From assembly GCA_002843155.1 (NCBI GenBank), contig PGZD01000079.1, positions 1 to 12,717 of the forward strand: DNA of 12,717 bases, given 5' to 3'. Both the position numbers and the translations under genes were made by a program. Source of the DNA: Gammaproteobacteria bacterium HGW-Gammaproteobacteria-3. Its GTDB lineage: Bacteria; Pseudomonadota; Gammaproteobacteria; Methylococcales; Methylomonadaceae. The notes beneath the pieces are model-generated. The model did not search any database and was not told where the DNA came from. It was given only the letters and a program-made list of their open reading frames with translations. Positions 1 to 7,638 of this stretch are shown piece by piece; within the stretch, counting starts at the first letter, position 1; every line of letters begins with the position of its first letter.

Positions 1-180
1 TACTATGTATTTCTTTTTCAATTGTGATACTTAATGTCGATGTAAAAATATAGCATATGGGGGCTATCATCCGACATATCAATGCTGACTGAGTACTAGG
101 AGCCTGTCGGACCTCCCAACGGCAAAGTCAGATATTTGGTAAAATAGCAGTCACCGCTGACACCCCCTTCAGGAAAACCC

Positions 181-520
181 ATGGCCCGATTCATCCAATA
201 CGACCGTAACCAATACTACCTGCTGCCGCCGTCGGTGGATGAATGGCTGCCCGAAGATCACTTCGCCCGGTACATCGTCGAAGTCATCGATCAACTGGGT
301 TTGTCGAAGCTGACCGGCCGCTATTCGCGCAGCGGTTCCGAGGCCTATCATCCGGCGTTGCTGCTGGCCTTATTGGTTTACGGCTATGCCACCGGCACCT
401 TCTCCAGTCGCAAAATAGAAATTGATTTTGTCGGTTTAACCGACCGAGTGCAATTTGACCACAGGCCCTGGAGTGCTTATAAAAACAGGATTGGCGACTT
501 GACGCAGTTGACGCCGGTTT
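181..520 (+). mobile_element. Truncated IS1182/IS5-superfamily transposase remnant; only the N-terminal InsH-like (DUF772) domain survives and no catalytic DDE region is present
   Basis: ORF 181..639 begins MARFIQYDRNQYYLLPPSVDEWLPEDHFARYIVEVIDQLGL...GSEAYHPALLLALLVYGYATGTFSSRKIE. This is the characteristic N-terminal signature of IS1182/IS5 transposases (YDRNQ..LLP, LPEDH.AR, YGY..G..SSRKIE). Recognisable similarity fades after about aa 80-110. The rest of the ORF is non-transposase sequence and overlaps the opposite-strand GGDEF gene. No DDE domain, second ORF or terminal inverted repeats were identified. Confidence 0.6.
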
Positions 521-2250
521 ATAAAAAAACTGTTGCCGTCGATTTTTTTGGCCAATTTTTTGGCTTCCGACGCCAGATCGGCTATCTCGACATGCGATTG
601 GCATTGGCTGGTTGCCAACGGGTCCACCAAACCCACTGACAGGCTCAGGAGCGGAAAAAAAACTGACTGGCCTTGCCGGTTTTCACTGGTAATGCCGCCC
701 GCTTTGACATCCGCCTCGTTATAAAAAGAAGGGGCGACGCTTTTGAATGTGTCCAGAATATCCTGGCAACGTTTCAGCCAATCCGGGCGGGTTAAAATGA
801 CAATGAAATCATCGCCGCCGATATGCCCGACTGTGCCAGATTCCGGCGTTATATGTTGGTTCAGCGTGTCGGCGACGGCTTTGATAATATCGTCACCGGC
901 GCTGTAACCGTAGGCATCGTTAAACGGCTTGAAGTGATCCAGATCAAAATAGGCGATGGCAAAAAAACTGTTCTGGTTGAGCAGTCTGTTGATCTTTTCA
1001 TTCATCGGCACATTGCCGGGCAGCAGGGTCAGCGGATTGGCGTGCTTGGCATTTTGAATCTGCTGGCGCGTTATTTCCTCAAGCAGGTCGAGCAAGGTGC
1101 CGACGCCTGCGTATTGGCCGTTATCGGTAATGATAAAAGCTTGATCGCTGCGTATGGCGGCAGTCACTTGTTGGCTGACTTTTTCCAGCGGCGTGTTGGC
1201 GTCAACCAGCAAGGGAGCGTGTTCAATAAATGATTTTATCGCCTGCTTACCGTACAACTCCAGACCATAACGGCTTGAAAACAGTTTGCTCAGGAATTTT
1301 TCGCGGCAAATAAGCCCTGTGGCCTTGCCGTTATCGACCAGCGGCTGGTTTTGTAATTGTGTGTTTTGATGAAACAGTGTCATGACGTCACTGATTGCAG
1401 TTTGTGCCGAAACCGGAACAATCCATTGGCTGATATCGGCTGCTATTTTGTTGTGTTGATCGATCTGCATTGTATGGGCTGAAACGAACAGGCCGGGACC
1501 GATTGTGGTCAGGGGCTGTGCAGCGGGCCTTGCAAAATAAAAACCCTGGGCGTGAGTGATGCCGAGTTTTTCAATGGCCTGGTATTCGGCCTTGATTTCG
1601 ATGCCTTCGGCAATCACTTTGCAGTTCATGGCTTGGGCGATGGCTTGAATGGAGCGGACAAAATTCAATTTGACCGGGTCTTGATGCAAACCCTGGATAA
1701 AATGTTTGTCGATTTTGACATAGTGGGGGCGTAGTTCGGACCAAAGTCTGAGGCCGGAATAACCGGCGCCCAAATCATCGAGTGCGATTTCAAATCCCAT
1801 ATTTTGGTAATGACTGACGGCTTCACGCATCAAATCGTAATCATCAGTGGGTTGATGTTCGGTGAGTTCGATAATGATGGAATGCGGGGCAATATTGAAT
1901 TGTTCAAGCAACCTCAGAGTTTCACCTTTTTTGAAGTCAGGCTCCAGCAGCACCGAAGGGCTGGCATTTAAAAATAATTTGGCGTCAAAGGCCAATTCGG
2001 CAAAGCGCTTGAGCGTGATTTCACGGCAAACGAACTCCAGTTTGGCTTGCAGGCCAAAGCGCCCGGCGGTATCGAAAAGATTGAACGGACTGTGCAGCGA
2101 GCTGTTTGAAGGGCCACGAATCAAAGCTTCATAACCGATGATTGTTTGTTGATGCAGCGAAATGACGGGTTGAAACACGGGCTTTAATAATTTACCATCA
2201 ATGATTCGAATCAACTCGTTATGTAAAGAAGTTATGTTCATTGGGGGCAA
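436..2250 (-). CDS. c-di-GMP turnover protein with N-terminal EAL phosphodiesterase domain, central CBS pair and C-terminal GGDEF domain (EAL-CBS-GGDEF)
   Basis: 604-aa ORF. The EAL domain carries YEALIR (nt about 2122-2130), DDLGAGYSG and EGIE motifs (aa about 25-245). The middle region (aa about 265-395) looks like CBS repeats. The GGDEF domain (aa about 415-578) carries FDLDHFKPFND and a variant active-site motif GGDDF (nt 805-819). The annotated start at 2250 is TTG; an in-frame ATG lies at 2241, and neither has a convincing SD. Confidence 0.9.
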   Translation of the reverse strand: MPPMNITSLHNELIRIIDGKLLKPVFQPVISLHQQTIIGYEALIRGPSNSSLHSPFNLFDTAGRFGLQAKLEFVCREITLKRFAELAFDAKLFLNASPSVLLEPDFKKGETLRLLEQFNIAPHSIIIELTEHQPTDDYDLMREAVSHYQNMGFEIALDDLGAGYSGLRLWSELRPHYVKIDKHFIQGLHQDPVKLNFVRSIQAIAQAMNCKVIAEGIEIKAEYQAIEKLGITHAQGFYFARPAAQPLTTIGPGLFVSAHTMQIDQHNKIAADISQWIVPVSAQTAISDVMTLFHQNTQLQNQPLVDNGKATGLICREKFLSKLFSSRYGLELYGKQAIKSFIEHAPLLVDANTPLEKVSQQVTAAIRSDQAFIITDNGQYAGVGTLLDLLEEITRQQIQNAKHANPLTLLPGNVPMNEKINRLLNQNSFFAIAYFDLDHFKPFNDAYGYSAGDDIIKAVADTLNQHITPESGTVGHIGGDDFIVILTRPDWLKRCQDILDTFKSVAPSFYNEADVKAGGITSENRQGQSVFFPLLSLSVGLVDPLATSQCQSHVEIADLASEAKKLAKKIDGNSFFINRRQLRQVANPVFISTPGPVVKLHSVG

Positions 2251-2366
2251 TCTATTAAAGTTTCAAGTTGTTAGAGCATAATATTTAAATGTTACACAAT
2301 AATTACAGACATAAGACGATTAAAGCTTTAGCCGGGTTGTCAACTGGGCCGATTGACCAGTAAGTT

Positions 2367-2395
2367 TTGCCTTATTCTTAAGTTAGCATTAAAAT
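2367..2395 (+). promoter_or_regulatory. Candidate sigma70-type promoter for the downstream six-gene operon: TTGCCT (-35, 2367-2372), 17-nt spacer, TAAAAT (-10, 2390-2395)
   Basis: Read directly in the AT-rich divergent intergenic region. The predicted transcription start near 2402 would give a 5' UTR of about 50 nt before the ATG at 2453. This is a sequence-pattern match only. Confidence 0.3.
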
Positions 2396-2452
2396 CAATC
2401 GCACTTAGACGGTAAGCAAAATAAACAAGCTGAATTGATAAGGCCGATAAAA

Positions 2453-4771
2453 ATGCCCGATACTTCTAAGAATAGTGGGGAAAACCGAGCGCCGATCCAG
2501 CTTGAATTGCTTGCGGCTAAAACCCGGCAGACGCTCAACTGCACGTTTAACCAGGCCTGTCGGCTGGGCAGTGCCAAGAGCAATGATGTTGTTATTGCCG
2601 GGGAAACCATTTCAGCCCATCACGCCAGAATTTTTGTCACCGACGATGGCGCTGTTTTCATTGGCGCCTGCGAGGGCGCCGCAGTTGCCGTCAACGGCAC
2701 GGTCGCCGATAAGCCTTTACTAGTAACCGCCGGCGATTGGGTGCTGTTGGGTTCCACTCCTTTCCAGGTCAAATTTAACAGCATCCCTCAGCCCCTTGTC
2801 GAGGTTGGTGACGCTTCTTCCCAACACATTGATTTATCGGGCAAGTCTGTATTGACCGTAGGTCGATTGCCGCAATGCGATATCGCCATCGCGTCGCCGC
2901 TGATTTCCCGTGAGCACGCCCGTTTGGTCAGGGCGGCGGACGGCTGGTTTATCGAAGATAGCGGCAGCACCAACGGCACTTTCCTCAATGCTGTGCGTGT
3001 TCTGGGCAGGCAAGCGCTAAAAGCCCATGATTGGCTAAGCTTTGCCGCTTTCGAGTATCAATTTGACGGACAGCGCATTATCCCCGGCAATCAAGCCGGG
3101 CAAGTCAATATCGAAGTGTATCGCTTGAGCAAAGAAGTCAGGGACGCATCGGGCCAAACCAAGCGCTTGCTCGATGATCTCAGTTTCGCCATCCGGCCGG
3201 GCGAATTTGTCGGCATTTTCGGCACCAGCGGTTCCGGTAAATCGACTTTGCTGGATGCCCTGAACGGCCGCCGCAGGGCTTCTTCCGGTGATATTTTATA
3301 CAACGGCACCGACTTGTATGGGGCTTTCGATCTGTTTCGCGCAGCCATCGGCTATGTGCCGCAACAAGACATTGTGCATCGTAAAATCATCATGCGCCAT
3401 GCCTTGAAATTTACCGCTAAATTGCGCTTGCCGCCGGACACTTCCGATGTCGAAATGGATGATAATGTGCTCAAGGTGCTGGAAAAAGTGGGGCTGGCAG
3501 AAAAAGCCTCATTGGCGGTGGACACACCTACGCCTTTGAGCGGTGGCCAGTTGAAGCGCGTCAGTCTGGCGGTGGAATTGGTCGCCAATCCCAATGTGCT
3601 GTTTTTGGATGAGGTAACCAGCGGCCTGGATGCCGGTACCGATAAAAAAATGATGCAACTGTTCCGGAGTCTGGCCGAAGACAAGAAAACCGTGATTTGC
3701 GTGACTCACACCCTGGAAAATATCGATACCTGTCATCTGGTGTTATTGCTGCATCAGGGGCGGCTGGTTTTTTTCGGCCCGCCGCAGGCCGTGGTCGGCT
3801 ATTTCGGCATGAAGCGTTTGTCCGATGTTTATGAACTGCTCGAAAGTCAGGTGGCTTCTTATTGGGCCGATAAATACCAGGCCTCCAGTTTTTATCACAC
3901 CTATGTCGCGCAGCGCTTGAACTTTTCCGGGCAGCGCACGGACGGCGCGACGCAAACAAACAGTGCACAACCGTCAGGCAAACCCGTTTCGCAAAGCTTG
4001 CGCCAGACCAGAACATTAATATTGCGTTATTGTGAGCTGATGCTGTCGGATCGAAAAAACCTGCTGATATTGGTATTGCAGGCGCCGTTGATTGCCCTGA
4101 TTATCGGTCTGGTGTTCGAAATGGACGCGCAATTGGCATTGCGGGCGGCCAAACAAAGTCAGATTCTCTTTATTCTGGTTTTATCGGCAATCTGGTTCGG
4201 ATGCCTGAATTCGGCGCGGGAACTGGTCAAGGAACTGCCGATTTATATCCGTGAACGCTCGGTCAATTTAGGTCTCGGGCCTTACATTGCCAGTAAACTG
4301 ATACCGTTATCGTTGCTTTGTTTACTGCAATGTCTATTATTGTTGGGTGTCATTGCCCTGTTGATCGACGTGCCGGGCAATTTTCCACAGCGCTTGTTGA
4401 TTTTGTTCGCATCGGGCATGGCGGCCACGACCATGGGTCTTTGCGTCAGCGCCTTTGTCAATTCCAATGACAAGGCCGTTGCCACCGTACCGATACTGCT
4501 GATTCCGCAGGTGATTCTGTCCGGCGCCGTGGTAACGCTTGAAGGCGCGGGGCTTTGGATAGCCAAGTTGAGCATGATTTCGTATTGGTCTTTTGATGCG
4601 ATGAAAGCGACGCTCAGCGAAGAAGTCAGAGCCGTCAAGGATTTTACCGGGAAAGCGCTGGTGCCCATTGCCGGAAGTTTTGGTCTGGATTTATTGGCGA
4701 TTGCCGCACTGGGGCTGTTTTTTCTGTTGGCAACAGGCATCGGGCTTAAACTCAAGGATACTAAAAAATGA
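2453..4771 (+). CDS. Tandem-FHA ABC transporter: two N-terminal FHA domains fused to an ABC ATPase (NBD) and a C-terminal ABC-2/ABCG-type six-helix membrane domain (half-transporter)
   Basis: FHA1 lies at about nt 2558-2776 (GETISAHHARIF...GDWVLLGSTPFQVKF). FHA2 lies at about nt 2850-3070 (LTVGRLPQCDIAIASPLISREHARL...GSTNGTFLN). Walker A GTSGSGKS is at 3221-3244. The ABC signature is LSGGQLKRVSLAVEL and Walker B is VLFLDEVTSGLD. A Ser/Thr-rich linker RTDGATQTNSAQPSGKPVSQS separates the NBD and TMD. Hydrophobic helices run from about nt 3990 to 4760. The probable start is ATG 2453 (AAGG 9 nt upstream); the track ORF begins at an in-frame TTG at 2435. Confidence 0.9.
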   Translation: MPDTSKNSGENRAPIQLELLAAKTRQTLNCTFNQACRLGSAKSNDVVIAGETISAHHARIFVTDDGAVFIGACEGAAVAVNGTVADKPLLVTAGDWVLLGSTPFQVKFNSIPQPLVEVGDASSQHIDLSGKSVLTVGRLPQCDIAIASPLISREHARLVRAADGWFIEDSGSTNGTFLNAVRVLGRQALKAHDWLSFAAFEYQFDGQRIIPGNQAGQVNIEVYRLSKEVRDASGQTKRLLDDLSFAIRPGEFVGIFGTSGSGKSTLLDALNGRRRASSGDILYNGTDLYGAFDLFRAAIGYVPQQDIVHRKIIMRHALKFTAKLRLPPDTSDVEMDDNVLKVLEKVGLAEKASLAVDTPTPLSGGQLKRVSLAVELVANPNVLFLDEVTSGLDAGTDKKMMQLFRSLAEDKKTVICVTHTLENIDTCHLVLLLHQGRLVFFGPPQAVVGYFGMKRLSDVYELLESQVASYWADKYQASSFYHTYVAQRLNFSGQRTDGATQTNSAQPSGKPVSQSLRQTRTLILRYCELMLSDRKNLLILVLQAPLIALIIGLVFEMDAQLALRAAKQSQILFILVLSAIWFGCLNSARELVKELPIYIRERSVNLGLGPYIASKLIPLSLLCLLQCLLLLGVIALLIDVPGNFPQRLLILFASGMAATTMGLCVSAFVNSNDKAVATVPILLIPQVILSGAVVTLEGAGLWIAKLSMISYWSFDAMKATLSEEVRAVKDFTGKALVPIAGSFGLDLLAIAALGLFFLLATGIGLKLKDTKK

Positions 4772-4793
4772 TGTGCAACGAGGCCGTGACAAG

Positions 4794-6338
4794 ATGAACG
4801 AAACCCTAGCGGAAGCCAGTCGCACCTGCCCTAAATGCGGCCATCGGGACGCGACCGAAAAAATAGAGGCGCATAAATACCGCTGTTCGGGATGTGAATA
4901 TGAAATGGCGCATATCGATACCGCGCCTAATGGCGCTATCCGGGGCATTTTCGGTTGGTTGAAAACGGTCGATGAGGTGATCGATTCACGTTATAAAATC
5001 CAGATGGTGCTGGGCAAAGGCGGGTTCGGCGCGACTTATCTGGTTGAAGATCAGCGCGTCAGCGGCAAACGCTGGGCGCTCAAGGAAATTCCGGAAATGC
5101 TCTTCGATGAATACGAAGTGTCGCTGCTGAGCGGCCTGGATCATCCTTCGATTCCGATTATCGTTGATCGTTTCAACGAAAATGGCATGGTGTATCTGGT
5201 ACTGAAATTCGGCGGCAGCCGCACGCTCGCCACGGAATGTAAACAACACAACAGAATCGTTTTTCCGAAGCTCAAAAACTGGGCTATCCAGATAGCCGAA
5301 GTGCTTGGCTATCTGCATTCACGAAATCCGCCGATCATTCACAGGGATTTAAAGCCGGAAAATGTCTTGCTCGATGATGAAGATCGCATCATGCTGATCG
5401 ATTTCGGTATCGCCAAGGAAGCATCACCTACCGAAATGACCCGCACATTAGGCCGCGCGGCTTCCATCGGCTTCAGTCCGCCGGAGCAGGTGATGGGCAC
5501 GGGCACCGACATACGCTCCGATATTTATTCCCTCGCGGCTACCGTTTATTTTGCCGCGACCGGCCAGACGCCTGTCGCCGCGCATGAACGTGTGTCCGGC
5601 AAAGCGCTGATAGAACCCAAACAGATTGCCACCGAATTACCCGATGCCGTCAATGCGATGCTGTTGAAAGGGCTCAACCTCAATGTCAACGAACGCCCGC
5701 AAACGGTTGCGGAATTTATCGGCGTTTTCAGTGATGACCTGCCGTCGGCGACTGAGGCGATGTTGTCCGGCAAAACCGTGCAAATCTCGGAGCTTCAATT
5801 CGGTCCGGTTATCAAGACGGCATTGAATCCTTCGACGCCGCTGACCCGGATGAATTCCGCCGCTGTCCACGCTGAAAAAAAAGCGGGTCTGAAGTTCGGT
5901 TTGATTATCGGAGCTGTTATGCTTCTGGCCGCTATGACTGGTGGCGCTTATTGGCTGTTAAATAAAGATGAAACGGCAACGCCACTGCAAGAGGTCGCCA
6001 GCCCGGAAGCGCAAACACCGCCCGTAAGCCCGGCGCAACCTCAACTGGCGACTGTTGACACGCAATCGCCCAAAGCCGCTGCAACGGGCGGGGACGGAGC
6101 GGATAACGCCGGACTCTCGGCCATGGACATTTTAAACAAGCGCAGACAAACGCAGGCGGAGCCGAAGCCGGAACCGGTGGTCAATAAAGCCGCGCAACAG
6201 CTCGATTCGACACGGACGGCACAAAAAACCGTAGTGCCGAAACCAAAATCCAAGCCTAAACCGGTCGCCAGAGCGAAGTCCAAGGAAGATAATTCAGGTT
6301 GGGTGATTATTCCGGGCCAAACCCAAAAAATACGCTGA
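4794..6338 (+). CDS. Hanks-type Ser/Thr protein kinase with N-terminal C4 zinc ribbon, single TM helix and Pro/Lys/Ala-rich low-complexity C-terminal tail
   Basis: The zinc ribbon is CPKCGH-x16-CSGCEY. Kinase motifs are the Gly loop GKGGFG, WALKEI (VAIK lysine), HRDLKPENVLL, DFG and SPPE (APE-like), spanning about nt 4990-5700. The hydrophobic segment LKFGLIIGAVMLLAAMTGGAYWLL is at about nt 5890-5960. The tail has PKPEP/KPKSKPKPVARAKSK repeats. The ATG at 4794 lies 22 nt after the upstream stop. The longer track ORF from 4668 overlaps the ABC gene and is rejected. Confidence 0.9.
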   Translation: MNETLAEASRTCPKCGHRDATEKIEAHKYRCSGCEYEMAHIDTAPNGAIRGIFGWLKTVDEVIDSRYKIQMVLGKGGFGATYLVEDQRVSGKRWALKEIPEMLFDEYEVSLLSGLDHPSIPIIVDRFNENGMVYLVLKFGGSRTLATECKQHNRIVFPKLKNWAIQIAEVLGYLHSRNPPIIHRDLKPENVLLDDEDRIMLIDFGIAKEASPTEMTRTLGRAASIGFSPPEQVMGTGTDIRSDIYSLAATVYFAATGQTPVAAHERVSGKALIEPKQIATELPDAVNAMLLKGLNLNVNERPQTVAEFIGVFSDDLPSATEAMLSGKTVQISELQFGPVIKTALNPSTPLTRMNSAAVHAEKKAGLKFGLIIGAVMLLAAMTGGAYWLLNKDETATPLQEVASPEAQTPPVSPAQPQLATVDTQSPKAAATGGDGADNAGLSAMDILNKRRQTQAEPKPEPVVNKAAQQLDSTRTAQKTVVPKPKSKPKPVARAKSKEDNSGWVIIPGQTQKIR

Positions 6339-6450
6339 GACACGATTTGGCGTTGGACCATCAAGGATTTAATGAATATCGGGGGCTGAAGTTTTCAAAC
6401 CCGATTTTCAGGGATGAAAGAACTTTTCAATAATTTAAGAGGGGGTTGTC

Positions 6451-7614
6451 ATGATTATGCGTTTCAAACAAAGGCTGTCGGCTGCAAATACAGGAGGCAG
6501 AGGAGTGGGCGCCGGGTTGTTGACGGTGCTGATTCTGGTTCAGGCCGTGCTGTTTTCGACGGCGGCGAATGCCGGAGGCTACGGCTCTGCGGCACTGGGC
6601 AGTTATGGGGTAAAAGTATACCGGGTCAATTCAGCCCTGTATCCTTTTGTCCAGCTTTATATCAGGACTTTCGATCAAAATATGCAGCCGTTGGTAAATC
6701 TCAACGAACTGAACATCGGTCTGATGATTAAAGGCAAGTCCTATGATCCGACTAAACGCCAATACGGCATTCAAACCTTGCGTCGGCGCAGTGAGGCGAC
6801 GCGTTCCGTATTGGTGCTCGATGCCAGTAAATCCATGGTGGGACCTGCGTTTGAAACGGCTTTGCGGGCGGCGGCCCGCTTTATCGACAGCAAGCGGCCA
6901 CAGGATGAAGTCGCGGTACTCGCCATTCGCGATACCAAGGAGGGCTATGAACTGGTGTCGGAATTCGAACGTGATAGCGGCGCTTTGGCAAGAAGGCTCG
7001 CCGATATTAAAGTCGATGGCATGAACAGCCGTATTTACGATTCCGTCGGAGCAAGCATACAAATGTGCGGCATGTCCTCGCAAGGTTCTTCCGTCGATCC
7101 TTCGGCCGATAATTTTATCGCCTCGTGTTCGATCGTGGTCTTTTCCGATGGTCGGGATGAGGGCAGTGCGCTGTCACGCGAAGAGCTGAATGCAAGGATT
7201 ACCGCGTTGCCGATTCCCGTTCCGGTTTATTCGCTGGCCTATGGCGCTAATTCCGTTCAATATTTCAGAAACCTGGAATCCATTTCCAAAAATTCATTCG
7301 GTATCTATTATTCGTTGGGTGAAACCTATGACCGAATGCAGCGTGTCGTCGAAGAAATCCAGAATATTCTGCAAAGCGACTATGTCGTGACTTTCCGTTC
7401 CTATCTTCCGGTTGACGGCGAGCAGCACGCTTTTAAAGTGGGCGTTGAATACCCCACCGGCAGCGGAAAATATTACTATGACAAAGGCGAATTCGAAGCG
7501 ATAGAGCCGCCGCCCATTCAAGCAATTGATAATGCCCTGCAACTGCTGGAACAAAAAATTCCGGCCTTAGCGGACAACGACCCCTATTACAAAAGACCGG
7601 CGCCGGGTCAATAG
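6451..7614 (+). CDS. Secreted von Willebrand factor type A (VWA) domain protein with intact MIDAS motif
   Basis: A strong RBS GAGGGGG lies 6 nt upstream of ATG 6451. The N-terminus MIMRFKQRLSAANTGGRGVGAGLLTVLILVQAVLFSTAANA is signal-peptide-like. The VWA fold spans about nt 6810-7240, with MIDAS D-A-S-K-S (LVLDASKSM) and downstream T and D (VVFSDGRDEG). The C-terminal region of about 120 aa has no obvious family. Confidence 0.85.
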   Translation: MIMRFKQRLSAANTGGRGVGAGLLTVLILVQAVLFSTAANAGGYGSAALGSYGVKVYRVNSALYPFVQLYIRTFDQNMQPLVNLNELNIGLMIKGKSYDPTKRQYGIQTLRRRSEATRSVLVLDASKSMVGPAFETALRAAARFIDSKRPQDEVAVLAIRDTKEGYELVSEFERDSGALARRLADIKVDGMNSRIYDSVGASIQMCGMSSQGSSVDPSADNFIASCSIVVFSDGRDEGSALSREELNARITALPIPVPVYSLAYGANSVQYFRNLESISKNSFGIYYSLGETYDRMQRVVEEIQNILQSDYVVTFRSYLPVDGEQHAFKVGVEYPTGSGKYYYDKGEFEAIEPPPIQAIDNALQLLEQKIPALADNDPYYKRPAPGQ

Positions 7615-7638
7615 TCTTAAACTAAGGAGAATGGGAAA

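Noticed and set aside
1-180. Possible IS terminal inverted repeat, tRNA fragment or att site at the far left
   Set aside because: Scanning found no clear inverted repeat matching anything else in the window and no tRNA-like cloverleaf. The other IS end is absent, so the boundaries cannot be defined from the sequence alone.
653-662. Homopolymer tracts (A8 at 655-662, T8 at 10653-10660, T8 at 11611-11618) as possible phase-variation switches
   Set aside because: All are in-frame Lys or Phe codon runs inside conserved domains. Eight nucleotides is short for programmed slippage, and I see no evidence of frameshift.
823-1233. 136-aa plus-strand ORF and other >60-aa ORFs (1552..1734, 1862..2134) inside the EAL-CBS-GGDEF gene
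   Set aside because: They are antisense to a 604-aa ORF with clear domain motifs. They have no RBS and no recognisable family.
2435-2452. TTG start at 2435 for the FHA-ABC gene (MIRPIK extension)
   Set aside because: The in-frame ATG at 2453 has an AAGG RBS 9 nt upstream. The TTG has none, so I prefer ATG and the 6-aa difference is immaterial.
4668-4793. N-terminal extension of the kinase ORF back to 4668
   Set aside because: It overlaps the last 100 nt of the ABC transporter gene. The ATG at 4794, with the characteristic zinc-ribbon N-terminus, lies 22 nt after the transporter stop.
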